From NCBI RefSeq assembly GCF_009914755.1, contig NC_060925.1: a stretch of 64,000 nucleotides of DNA, one strand, 5' to 3'. The position numbers and the translations under genes are program-made. Of the stretch, positions 28,536 to 45,994 are shown piece after piece (within the stretch, counting starts at the first letter, position 1; each line of letters starts with the position of its first letter). This DNA comes from the human T2T-CHM13v2.0 reference genome, Homo sapiens. Below the pieces are notes generated by a model. That model worked only from the letters and a program-made list of their open reading frames with translations, was not told the origin of the DNA and made no database searches.

Positions 28536-31500
28536 TCACCACTGATTAGTGAAAATTATTGGTCCTGGACTATCACCAGTCCCTGTTCTGGCATTTGGGA
28601 ACAACTGGTGCGTGTAAGCCCTGAAACTCTCCTTCGTGCTGGCATTCTGTGAACCTGAGAGAGATGAGAAGAGAACCAGGGACTAGAGTGAAGCCTACTG
28701 CAGTTGTCTTGGCATGAGGCTGTGTGGCTTGGCTTTGGCTGGGAGTCACAGACAAGCCCACGGACCTGAGAAAGAGAGTGAATCACTGTACAAGTATTTA
28801 TCGAGCACCTCCCATGTCCTGGGAAGCAGTAGCTGGAGAGTGGTGAAGGAGTACTGAGTTTTGGGGTTCAAGTGGCCAGGGCTTTCCCCCAGGCTTTTTA
28901 CCTATTATCTGCATTATCTGGGCAATTCAGTTCACTTATGGGCCTTAGTTTTCTGTCTAAAAAATTGTGTTGATATACTATTATGTATCAGAAGGTATTT
29001 GATAAATTGCAGAATGCTGGTGGTATTGATAGATTTTCAGATGATAGTGACAGAAAAAGTTGATTGTTGGAAAGAAAATTAGTGAGGTCTATTTTTCATA
29101 TACTTACCTTTAGAGGCAGGTAAGAAATCTAAGAGTGAAGGGAAATGGAATTCACATTGTTTGAAGGGTAGGAAATTTTAAAAATAGTGCTTTTTAATCG
29201 TCCGGAAGACTTGGGGAGAGGGTATTATTCCTGTTTGAGTGGGTGGGAACAGTCTGAGAGACACTTACCTCATGCAGCTACTGAGTGGGTAGAGCTGGGG
29301 CCCAGCTCAGATCTAACTCCAGCCTGTGCTGTTTCTACAGCAGCTCAGAAACCAAAGTTCAGGGGAGCAGAGGAGCTGGAGACAGTGAATCCATCCTGAG
29401 GCCCCCCTGAGTAAATGCTTCCAGGGCAATTCCACTTGCACTATTATTAATACCTTACAGGGTGTCCTTCACAAATTTCTCAGAATGATGGCTGTAAAAA
29501 TGGGTGTGTGTTTTAGAAATAAAAATATTGTGGTGCTAACAAGTTCCTGCCGGAGTTGTTCAAGGACGTTCATTCATTCAGCAAATATTTATTGAAAATT
29601 TGTTTTGTTCCAGACACTTTGTTAAATATTGGGAATATAGCAGTAAGGAAAACAGAGTCACTATTCCCAGGATGCTCATATTCTAGAAAGGAGATAAGAG
29701 ATAAAGTCACAGTACAGCATTAGTGCAGTGGGAACTTGGGTTACTCTAGAAATACAGCCCAGTTAGGATCGAGGGGCTCGGGGAGGTAATATGTAGGTTG
29801 TGGGCCAGTGGATGAATTGGAATTGGGTAATAAGCAGTTGAGGTGAGGCAGTTTGTAAAAGCTAGTCTGGTGGCAGTCTGAGGAAATGAGACCTCCGTGG
29901 GGCTGCAAATGCAGTATAGTGAGAGCTTAGACTGCAAGAAGCTCTGTGAATCCGTCAAAAGTTCCTTTAAGTCCCTTTTATATATTCCATGCTATTAATT
30001 ACAGGATTCTTTGCAGGGGTGAAGGGGGACCTCATGGGATGGAGCCAGTTCACCCTAGCCACAATCAGAGAAAGGTCAGAAGCTATTTGTGACATTTTTC
30101 CCGACTCTTCTATCTCAAAGACCTGGACCTGAGAACTCCGGAGAAGATGAGCTTTGAGCACTCACGTCCTCACTGGGCAGACAGAGCAGCTCTCCTCATT
30201 TCAGTTGTCTCAAGACTAGACAGTGTGCCTGAGAATAAAGCAGTGAATTAACCCCACTTGTCCAAGAGGGTGGGACTGAATACTAGACAGGGCCCTTTCC
30301 GCCTCTCTTGGGTGGTGGGGGGTGGCGTGTGACTCAGAGGCAGTGACATCAGCCATGACTTCATTCATCCACAGGAAAGACAGTGTGCAGACCGCGAACA
30401 CGGCTGATTTCTGCCCTCCCTTCTCGATGCTTTGTCTTGCTGGGGACATTGTCATGGTCCTGCTGTTATTTCCCACACATTTTATTCACGTCTCATGTTT
30501 AAGCTGTTCTTTTTCTTCACCCCATTCTTTTTGGTCTCTTTGTTCATCTTTTGCTTTTGTCTTTATTTTCTTCTTTCTCCTATTTAATTTTTCTTGTTTC
30601 ATTTTCTTTCCTGTACTTCTTCTCTTTTGTCTCCATTTTCCATTCTTTCCATTTGCTCTGTCCTTTCTCTTCCCTCTGTGTCAGAAATGTATACAGGAAC
30701 ACATCCTCCTGCCTCCTATTTCTTCTCTCCTCTGGGCTTCCCACTAGGTTATTGCTGTCCTAACATTCCTAAAACTGTGTTCACAAAACACTCTCCACAC
30801 AAGGACTGATGGTGGCTCCCATTCTTTTCTGACTCAAGTATCTAATACAAGTCCAGATTTACCTCTTACTGCATCTCAACACAGGTCTCTCAGACTGAGC
30901 TTCTCATAGTTCCTTCTCCATGGCCATGGATGCTGCTGATGCTTCTGCCTGCACTTTTACTCAGGCCATTGCCTCAGTGTGGACTGACCTCCATCCCATC
31001 TTCCTCAGTCTTTGCCTTCCCTCTAGACACATATCTGACATTGCCTCCTAAGTAACCCCCTTACTTACCTCCTTCCCACAGCACTGTCTCCTTCATGATC
31101 ATACAGAATCCATAGTTTATAAATTATGTATTTTAGAACTTGAATTATTCTGTACTATTTATACATTCTTCCTGCATGTTTCATATGCATAGATTCTTTG
31201 TTCCACCTAGCCAGTAACTAACCTGAGGATAGGAAGTATATTCCTGCCTTTCATCTTCTATGAGCATACCTAGCACATAGTTGGCCACAAACCAGGACTG
31301 ACAGACCATTTTTTTGCAAAGTCAAGAAATATTTTACTTGAAAAATAGTTATTTGATGCTAATTCTGGGGAGATAGATGAATGAATTATAGTTCTTTCCT
31401 AAAAAAAGAGCTAAGGGTCTAGTAGAAGAGACAGACCCACACGTAATTTGAGAAGAACAAGGATTGTGGAGGAAACTAATGTTTACTAGGAGTGTACAAG

Positions 31501-32889
31501 AATGGGCACATGAACATGTATAATCTCACTGAATTGAATTCGGCTAACAATCCTATGAGTTAAATGTTGCTACCAATGAACAAAGTGAGACTCATAGACA
31601 TTAGGTGACTACTAGTCAGAAATAACACCACTAATAAGTAGGAGAACCAACATTTGGACTAAGGTTTGTCCGACTCTAAAGCCCCTACTCTTTCCTGAAG
31701 AGGGAAGGATGTAGTGAAAGTGACATTCTAAGTAATAATAAGAACAATCGTAGGTAAAAAGTGCTTACTATGTGCCAGGTGCTGTAAACAGATTACCTAT
31801 ATTTGTTCATTTGATCCCCCATCAACCCTATGGCATAGGCACTATTATTGTCCTCAGTAATTTTTATAGGATGAGGAAATTGAGATGAAGAGTAGTTGAG
31901 TAGATTGCTCAAGGCCACATAGCTACAGAGTACTAGAGCCAGGATATTCACTCTTGCATTCTGGCTCTGGAGAAGAGGCAGCAGAATGTAGTGAGGCCCT
32001 CTACATAGAGTAGCATATTGCATGATCAGAACTGCTGTTGGACCAGTCTGTTTGGAGAATCAGGGACTGTGGAGATGCTGACAGGTGAAGGTGTTGAGAG
32101 GTGAGGCTAAAGAGGCAGCCAGGAATCATCACAAAGGACCAGTGCCCTCCTCAAGGACCCGTGACAAAACATGCAATTTTCCTAGAAATATTTTCTGTGA
32201 GGTTGGACCGTTAGGGATCCATCATAAGGAAGAGTTTAAGTTGTGGTCTTATTCTACTACTTGAGTTGTGAAGGAACTTTTGAGTTGTGGCCTTTGTCCA
32301 TGCCCAGCGGGAAATCACAGTGGAACTCTGCAACAGTGGTGTAAATGAACAAGTAAGGATGCACATACCCAAATAGACTCCAAAGAAATGCCAGTTGAAA
32401 CAGTAAAGTACGCCTGTCCTTTACGGGTTGGAGATGATTAAGTTTGGGTTGAAGGACATTTGGGAAGAAAGAAGAAGGGACATCTGTGTGAGCCAGCTTG
32501 GAACAGATGCCAGGTTATCCTCAGGTGTCCCAGAGCGCTCAACATTTGATGGAGCACTCTCCCCACTGCAGCCCCCCTCTCCATTGGTACTTGGCAGCAA
32601 TTCAGTGGTGCTGCACTGACCTGGGAGTCCAAGCCAGGAAGTGAATGAATCCATTTTCCAATTAAAATGAAACTTCTCCAAAGGACCTGCTAACCCTGAG
32701 AGAAGAAATTTATCTTCCTGGCAGTCTGGCTTGCCTAGAATATGTCTCTGCTCCTGAAACAGACTGAGAAAAGCCATTAGCTTGAATGAAAAAAGAGAAA
32801 CTGGGACAGTTCTTATTCACAACCTCATTCATTTATCCATTCATTCCTTTTATTTCTGCAGACTTTAATTTGGCTTCCACATGTCTGCT

Positions 32890-33720
32890 CATTCATTCAT
32901 TTATTCATTCATTAGCTAACATGACTCATCATCTATAGATCAGACAAACTGCTGTGTCCTAGGAGTAGAGATATTTAATAAAAAACATAGCTCTTGCCTT
33001 TGAGGAGCTTTCAGTCTAGTGAGAGAGACAGACAAATGAACAGATGATGGGAAATGCAGTGATAGGGATATTCATAGAGTACTATAGGGGCATAGCATAA
33101 GAGCATCTGACTCAGCATAGGGATGTCATGGGTGATTTCATGGAGTAGGAAACACCAGAGTTGAGTCCTAAATGTGTACACACATAGACATATACATGCT
33201 ATTGCTTCTGTTTCTCTGAAGAACTCTAATACAGGGTGATGAGGTGGGCACCTCTTCATGAATTAATTGGGAGTTGAAATTAGAATGGTGGTTGAATGTA
33301 AGGAATGAGAGAAGAGGTAGAAGATGACTCCTTTGGTAGAGGTAGAAGATGACTCCTTTGGTAACTGGATCAACTGGCACTGGAAATCAAGGAGGAGGAA
33401 CACACTTGGGGGAAGATAGCAGATTCTGTCTTGGACGTGTTGAGTTGGAGGTACAGTGGGACATCCAGGAGACATGTCTCAGAGGAGAGTTTGAATTGGA
33501 GTTTCAGATTTGGCACGTTATTCAGCGTGTAGTTGGTTGGAATCACAGGAGTGATTGATATTTCTCAGAGAGCATGGGAACAGTGAAAAGAACATTTGGA
33601 TGAGGTAAGATCCCTGGGGAGCAGCTAAAGAAAAGAGCAGCTAAAGAAAAGGAGCCCATGAAGGAGACAGAAAAGCACTGATGAGAAGGGCGTGAGAAGG
33701 TCCCGGAGAGTGAGAGGTTG
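32890..33720. mobile_element. L2 relic, ends approximate
   Basis: (TTCA)n end followed by decayed L2 sequence (GGAGCTTTCAGTCTAGT...TTGGACGTGTTGAGTTGGAGGT). Confidence 0.6.
33313..33362 (+). repeat. Perfect tandem duplication of a 25-mer
   Basis: AGAGGTAGAAGATGACTCCTTTGGT x2. Confidence 0.95.
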
Positions 33721-36700
33721 AGGAAGACTTCCTCATTTCTCCCCTGGTCCCAGTCTTTGACTTTCTTTCATGTCTGCTCCAAGACCTGTTCACCCTTTCC
33801 AAAGCCTTCTCTTCCTATTAGGACTGTCTCCCTCTCTCCCATAGATGGTACCACCCACAAGGCATGGCTTGATCCAGGTCACTGTGGCATCTCTCTCATC
33901 TCCTCCAGTAAGAAATGCACTTCTGCATTATATTATGTTTTAGAGAGGCAGATGACTGAACTCAAACATTGGGCTGGGCATTAGCGATGCAAAATTTGGT
34001 CTGACTTTCCATTTACCCGTTGTGTGGGACCTGGGGATAGTCTTGGTCCCTTCCTGGGCTTTAGGTTCATAATCTGCAAGCATAGTTTTCTGACTCCTTG
34101 CCTTGCCTGCCTTGAAGAATTATACAGGTCAGATGAGATCATGCATGTCAAAGTGCTTTGAAAACTGTGAAACTCTGTAGCAGAAGAGTGAATCTTGTTG
34201 ACTTATCAGGCACTTTATATTATTTCATTTAATTCTCACAGCATCCTTGGGGGAAGATGCTAGGAATGTGGCTTTGAGGAAACTGGGGCTTAAAGAAATT
34301 AATTTACCTAAAGCTACACAGCTGTTAAGTGGTGAGGACGGCAATCAAAATCAGGTATGCCAGACTCCAGAGTTCTTAGACCCCATCTACTTCAGCCTTG
34401 TTTTCCTAATACGTACAGTGGTGTCACACTCCTGGGTAAAGTCAGCTTTGCTGAGTATGATGAGTTTTCATTAAAATGATAGCATATTTTATGGTTGGGA
34501 AATCAACTCTAGTGTGGATTATAAGTTTTTCTTTTCGTACAAGAAGAGCAAAGCCCTTCAGGGGGAGGAAAGTAGGGGAAAGGGATGCATATAAATCCAG
34601 TTTTTGAAAATTAAATAAACTATACAGTGGAATTATTTCATTTTACAAATAAATTCTATGATGTTACCGTTAAACAAGTCCTCATCTAATGGGGGTAATG
34701 CGTCTTGTCTATTCAGGTTTTTGTTTCTTGGGTCTTTCTCGGCAGTGACATAAATATTTATTCCACTTGATGTTTAGGCCTCTGCTTGCATCTCTCCCCG
34801 GAAGCCTTTAGAAAAGCCTTTAGAAAAGCCTCCCCAGGTCCCAAACCCTTTCCCCGCTCTGAGCCCTGTCTGTGATTACTCATTAGAGGCAGATATATGG
34901 CCACACACAAAATATTACAATAATGTTATGAGGCTGACTCATCAAACCTTGGTATCAGGCTTATTACGTTATTGTCATATATCATCTTATTAATTATCTC
35001 TTCCTTTGTGTACATCTTTCTCTCGAAAGGACCTGGCTTTAGATTTTCTTATATCTCCCAAAACTCTGCATTTTTTTTTTCATGAGTTAGACTTGGCTCT
35101 TGCCCTTCAGAAGTTTGTCATTTCAAGGTAGATTTAGGTATATCAATGAATAATTAGGGTACAGCATGGGATGGAGAGGTTCACAGAAAAGGTGACATCT
35201 GAGCTGGATTTGAATCAAGGGCAGAGGTTTGATAAAGGGAGAAGATGGGAAAGTCAATTCAAGTAGAGATACCAGCTGTAACAGAGGACTGGAAATATGA
35301 AAGTGTAATGCATTTGGGAAAGTAAAAGAGGTGAGAACCAAATGGAGGGTGTTAGGAGATGAGCCCAGAAAGTCATCATCATAATGATCACAGCCAAGTT
35401 GGAGCCAGGTTAAGAGTCCTGAGAGCCAGACTACAGAGTTAAAATGGGATTCTAGGCCATGAGGAGATGTCGCACCATCTTTAATAAAGGAATGGAATGG
35501 GAAGCTTTATGTTTTTAGAAAGATGCCTCTAGTAGTGCAGACCTCTCAGCTTATCTGCCTATCTGACTTGAAATATTTCTGATGTTCTGTCTCTGTGCAT
35601 GGGAGTTTGAAACACACAATTATTTTATTCATTCTGAGAAGTTTCTGGCTGAGGTTTATGACCTACTCCATGCTTCCAGCGTCATATTTCTTTTAAGAAT
35701 GACATTGAAGATTACGTCTCTTCCTGAAACTCTTTTCTCTCTGGGCTATTGGCCTGTGCCCTAATTTGGAGTCTTGAACATAGAGTGAGGATAAGGTCTA
35801 GCTCTTTCTTGGGTAGTTGTGCTGGAAAACAACAGCATGAGTACTTGGAATGTACAGGCAGTACTATTTATTGAGTGGGGAATTAGGGAGCTGTTCCCTC
35901 CCTTTTGTTTACTGCTCACAGCAGATAACCCAGATAGAATCCCTTTGCAATTACACAGTAGATTACTTGGATAATCCTTTGTAACTGGTCATGCCTATCT
36001 TCTCATGTTGCCCCTCGACCCTGGTGTCACTGCAGTAGCTGCCTCATTTCCCTCACGAGTTCCCTAGGTGTCTAGAAGCAGCAGAAACCTCACAGCTTCC
36101 CTGGAGTGGGAGGGAAAGGGTGAAAGCTACTTCTCTCTGTCCTGAGGCTGGCAGGGCGGCTGCAGCCTTGAATCTTGGACATACTGCCCTACCTCCGCCC
36201 TCTGCTTAGACCCACAGCTGTGTGAGCTTTGAGTAGTAGCCTCCTCCCAACAAATGCTGTGGTTTGATGAAGTAATAATTTTTTCTTTTTTTTAAAAAAA
36301 GCTGTTCTCTTTGGTTGCTTTAAGCTGAGGGATTGCTTAACTCAAAGGATTGTTGTTGGAATGCAGAAGGCTTTTGTGCCAAGTCATATAACCCAAATCA
36401 CTTTTCTTTTTTTCTTGAAAAGACTAGTTTTTGTTAGTTGCCTGGTAACTGGAGGATAGAAAGACTTAACTCATTCAGCACAGAGAGCTCCTAGTTTGAA
36501 CTCTATTAGGCCATCACCTAATGAGATACATCTGAAATTGGTGTGTGTCGAGGGCCTGCTCCTTGCACTCTCTAATCCGTGCAACATTGTGCATGGGAGA
36601 TGATAAGTACATAGGAGTTACATGAGCTGTCCAGGATTGAAATTGTACGGAAATGTGCTTAGAAGGGCTTTTGTTTGTCTTTTCTTCTGTAAAGAGTGGC

Positions 36701-37188
36701 AATAGCTTCCATTATGACATTTCCAAAAGGCCCAAAATCACACCTCTGATTGGACTGGGAGGTTCAGGGTGGTAACTGTGGCATAGTGGAAGGAAAGAAC
36801 ATTTACTTTAGAGCTGGAAGCCCTGTGACTTTGGGCTAAGCCCTTGTGGTCTGACCCCCAGTTCCTTAATGTGTGAGTATTGTGTATTACCTACACGCCT
36901 CTGCATCACTCTGTAGATTAAATGAGAACACTGTTGTAAACTGTGGAGGACTTAGAGGACGATCACTGTGTCCTAATGCAGGCCCAGTGGTTACAAGTAG
37001 AGAATTAATTCAGTAAGATTGAGGCCTTTGGCTGGGATTGTATGGGCCAGAGAGGAGGAGGGACAGAGAGATTTTTCTGCAGAACTAGACTAAAAATCCA
37101 TCTATGGGGGTAATGTGCTGTTGGCCAATATGGCATTTGATGACAAAGCACTTGTGAATCAGGTAGCCTAATATAAAAAACTGCATGT

Positions 37189-37302
37189 GGCTGGGCATGG
37201 TGGCTCACGCCTGTAATACCAGCACTTTGGGAGGCCGAAGTGGGTGGATCACAAGGTCAGGAGTTCACGACCAGCCTGGCCAACATAGTGAAGCCCTGTC
37301 TC
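37189..37302 (+). mobile_element. Left arm of an AluS split by the L1
   Basis: GGCTGGGCATGGTGGCTCAC...CCCTGTCTC; TSD AAAAAACTGCATG at 37175-37187 pairs with 43675-43687. Confidence 0.93.
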
Positions 37303-38335
37303 GGGGAGGAGCCAAGATGGCTGAACAGGAACAGCTCCGGTCTACAGCTCCCAGTGTGAGCAACGCAGAAGACGGGTGATTTCTGCATTTCCATCTGAGG
37401 TACTAGGTTCATCTCACTAGGGAGTGCCAGACAGTGGGCGCAGGTCAGTGGGTGCAGCGCACTGTGCGCAAGCCGAAGCAGGGCGAGGCATTGCCTCACT
37501 CGGAAAGCGCAAGGGGTCAGGGAGTTCCCTTTCCTAGTCAAAGAAAGGGGTGACAGACGGCACCTGGAAAATCGGGTCACTCCCACCCGATACTGCGCTT
37601 TTCCGACGGGCTTAAAAAACGGCGCACCAGGAGATTATATCCTGCACATGGCTCGGAGGGTCGTACGCCCACGGAGTCTCGCTGATTGCTAGCACAGCAG
37701 TCTGAGATCAAACTGCAAGGCGGCAGCGAGGCTGGGGGAGGAGCGCCCGCCATTGCCCAGGCTTGCTTAGGTAAACAGAGCAGCCTGGAAGCTCAACTGG
37801 GTGGAGCCCACCACAGCTCAAGGAGGCCTGCCTGCCTCTGTAGGCTCCACCTCTGGGGGCAGGGCACAGACAAACAAAAAGACAGCAGTAACCTCTGCAG
37901 ACTTAAATGTCCCTCTCTGACAGCTTTGAAGAGAGCAGTGGTTCTCCCAGCACGCAGCTGGAGATCTGAGAAGGGGCAGACTGCCTCCTCAAGTGGGTCC
38001 CTGACCCCTGACCCCCGAGCAGCCTAACTGGGAGGCACCCCCCAGTAGGGGCAGACTGACACCTCACACGGCCGGATACTCCTCTGAGACAAAACTCCCA
38101 GAAGAATGATCAGACAGCAGCATTCACGGTTCACGAAAAACGACTGTTCTGCAGACACCGCTGCTGATACCCAGGCAAACAGGGTCTGGAGTGGACGTCT
38201 AGCAAACTCCAACAGACCTGCAGCTGAGGGTCCTGTCTGTTAGAAGGAAAACTAACAAACAGAAAGGACATCCACACCAAAAACCCATCTGTATATCACC
38301 ATCATCAAAGACCAAAAGTAGATAAAACCACAAAG
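37303..38335 (+). promoter_or_regulatory. L1 5'UTR internal sense/antisense promoter, relatively CpG-rich, YY1 core at 37313-37321
   Basis: CAAGATGGC motif; many retained CpGs compared with the flanks. Function is inferred from L1 biology. Confidence 0.75.
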
Positions 38336-39344
38336 ATGGGGAAAAAACAGAGCAGAAAAACTGGAAACTCTAAAAAGCAGAGCCCCTCTCCTCCTCCAAA
38401 GGATCGCAGTTCCTCACCAGCAATGGAACAAAGCTGGATGGAGAATGACTTTGACGAGTTGAGAGAAGAAGGCTTCAGAAGATGAAACTACTCCGAGCTA
38501 CTGGAGGAAATTCAAACCAAAGGCAAAGAAGTTAAAAACTTTGAAAAAAATCTAGATGAATGTATAACTAGAATAACCAATACAGAGAAGTGCTTAAAGG
38601 AGCTGATGGAGCTGAAAGCCAAGGCTCGAGAACCACGTGAAGAATGCAGAAGCCTCAGGAGACGATGCGATCACCTGGAAGAAAGCGATGGAAGATGAAA
38701 TGAATGAAATGAAGCGAGAAGGGAAGTTTAGAGAAAAAAGAATAAAAAGAAACAAACAAAGCCTCCAAGAAATATGGGACTATGTGGAAAGACCAAATCT
38801 ACGTCTGATTGGTGTACCTGAAAGTGACGGGGAGAATGGAACCAAACTGAAAAACACTCTGCAGGATATTATCCAGGAGAACTTCCCCAATCTAGCAAGG
38901 CAGGCCAACATTCAGATTCAGGAAATACAGAGAACGCCACAAAGATACTCCTCGAGAAGAGCAACTCCAAGACACATAATTGTCAGATTCACCAAAGTTG
39001 AAATGAAGGAAAAAATGTTAAGGGCAGCCAGAGAGAAAGGTCAGGTTACCCACAAAGGGAAGCCCATCAGACTAACAGCGGATCTCTTGGCAGAAACTCT
39101 ACAAGCCAGAAGAGAGTGGGGGCCAATATTCAACATTCTTAAAGAAAAGAATTTTCAACCCAGAATTTCATATCCAGCCAAATTAAGCTTCATAAGTGAA
39201 GGAGAAATAAAATACTTTACAGACAAGCAAATGCTGAGAGATTTTGTCACCACCAGGTCGGACCTAAAATAGCTCCTGAAGGAAGCACTAAACATGGAAA
39301 GGCACAACTGGTACCAGCCACTGCAAAATCATGGCAAAATGTAA
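38336..39344 (+). pseudogene. Disrupted L1 ORF1p
   Basis: MGKKQSRKTG start; premature TGA 38483-38485; a frameshifting deletion near 38685; TAG 39270-39272. Confidence 0.93.
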
Positions 39345-39407
39345 AGACCATCGAGACTAGGAAGAAACTGCATCAACTAACGAGCAAAATCACCAGCTAA
39401 CATCATA

Positions 39408-43727
<4,320 letters not shown>

Positions 43728-45618
43728 TCAGGCTTCTGGAGACATTTCCTCTCATTCAGTCCTTATTCCTCTTTGCTGGCCTATCTCCAGACTTTTCTTT
43801 TGTAGAGAAAGCAGGGAATATTGCTATCTTCCCTTCTGAGACCATGTGCATACTTAAGAGTACCTCAGACTTCCCACAACATGTTATTTCTAGTTGCTCA
43901 TCCCACAAATATTTGTTGAATTACTAGACAAACTGCTCAGCTTCATCTTCCAGTTCCTGTTATGTGAGGAGTACTTCAGAGGTTATAGAGGGCTTCCACA
44001 TGTGTTATCTCCTTAGAGAGGAGAGGTTGGACTGGGATCTCCAGCTTTGATTGGTGACGGTTAGTGTGGTCTCAAAAAGAAAGAACGCAGGGACTCCTTG
44101 CTCCTCCTATTCCCAGTGTCTCTTTTTGGCAAAAGGCTTGAGTTCTTTGTGACATTCTACTTGGGTTCTGTTGTCCCACAGTGGCTGGCTGTGTGGCTAC
44201 AGGCTAAAAGCTGTCGTTATATAATGTCTTTAATGACCACACACAAGATCTAAAGTAGTTTTTTTTTTTTTTTTTTTTTGCCTGAATTTAAGAAGATTGT
44301 TGTGCTTTGGCTTGAAGCACTGGTTGTTGCTGCGGTGGTTTGGCGGTTCATATCTGGTCACTGGCCTTTGATTTCTGGAACCTTTAGAAAGAGGCTGCCT
44401 TTTCTCCTCTCCCTGACCACTGATTGCTGAAACCACAAGACATATGGAAATAGATTTCAGGGACTAGCCAAAAGCCATTCTGGTAGTTTGATTCACATCG
44501 TCTCAAAGGCTACCATTTTCTGACTGTGGCTTGTTAGATCCTATACAGAGATACTACTAGTTCTTAGCTGTGTTAGGAATATTTAGTATCTTTAAGTTTT
44601 GCTTGATTTAACATTAACATCTTAGAATGGGCGTTCAAAGAGAAGTTTAGGGCAGGTCCCTTTCTAGACACAAGCTTTCACCTAGATGTTTAGGAAGTTA
44701 AAACAACAACAGTAACAGAGAATCAGCTTGATACTTTGCCTTTTAGATCTGAACTCTTTTGATATTGTTTTGATAGGGCCAGCACTTGGGATAGTACCGT
44801 TTATCTGCTGTAAATAGATGTTGGTGTTTATATAGTAGTGTTAGGGAAGCACTATGTAGGAGGAACTCACAGAATTCTGATAAAGGCCAGTTGTATATAA
44901 AATAGATATAATAATACCCAGGACTTTTGTGTTGCTCTAAGGAGATAACACATGTGGAAGCCCTTTATAAACTGAAGCACCCCTCACATAAGAGGAATTG
45001 GAAGGTGAAGCTGAGCAGTTTGTCTAGTAATTCAACAAATATTTATTGAGTTCCTACTGTGTGTTACCCTGCGGCAGGTACTGAAATATGCCTCTTTTGG
45101 AACTTCTGCATTGTTGCCTTTAGGTTCCCAGAGATACTCCTATGCTTATAATTCCTTTTATAGCTTTTTGGAGAGGGAGTAATAGAAACCAGGACATGGA
45201 AAGTTATCTGGATGGTAGGAAACCTTTCTTGCTAGTTCCTCTGTCTTCTTTACTATTCTGTTTTTGAAATTCTACCTCTTCAGGTGTTTGACAGAAAATG
45301 GCCACTTCATGCTTTTCAAGTTTATCTCACCTCCAGTTCCATTCATAGGCAGAAGTGAAATGGTTCCATTTGGGTCCTGATTCTAAGTTCTTGGGAGAAG
45401 AAATCTGGTTGGTACAACTAGGTCACATGCCTAAACCTGGTCCAACCAAGTGCTTGTAGTAAGGGGATGAGAGTTAAGTAGTTTCTGCTTGGCAGCTGAG
45501 GGTCCTCTCAGTTGGGGTGGAGAAGAGGAGACAATCATCCAATGTCATGGTGAACATGACTGACAAGATCCTTGACCTCACAGAGCTTATAGTCAGTCTG
45601 TCAGGAAAGAAAGACTTT

Positions 45619-45994
45619 TGTATTAGTCTGGTCTTACACTGCTAATAAAAACATACCCGAGACTGGGTAATTTATAAAGGAAAGAGATTTAATTGACTCA
45701 CAGCTCAGCATGGCTGGGGAGGCCTCAGGAAACTTACAATCATGGTGGAAGGAGAAGCAAACACATCCTTCTGTATTTGGTGGCAGGAGAGAGAAGTGCA
45801 GAGTGAAAGCAGGGGAAGCCCCTTATAAAACCATGAGATCTTGTGAGAACTCACTCGCTATCATGAGAACAGCATGGAGGTAACCACTCCCATGATTCAA
45901 TTACCTCCTACAGGGTACCTCCTATGACACTTGGGGATTATGGGAACTACGATTCAAGATGAGATTTGAGTGAAGACACAGCCAAACCATATCA
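45619..45994 (-). mobile_element. THE1/MST (MaLR) solo LTR, THE1D-like
   Basis: TGTATTAGTC...CAGCCAAACCATATCA; TSD ACTTT/ACATT. Confidence 0.88.

Noticed and set aside
30322-30809. 141-aa and overlapping Phe/Leu/Ser-rich ORFs that look membrane-like
   Set aside because: Artefact of a T/C-rich low-complexity tract; no recognisable domain.
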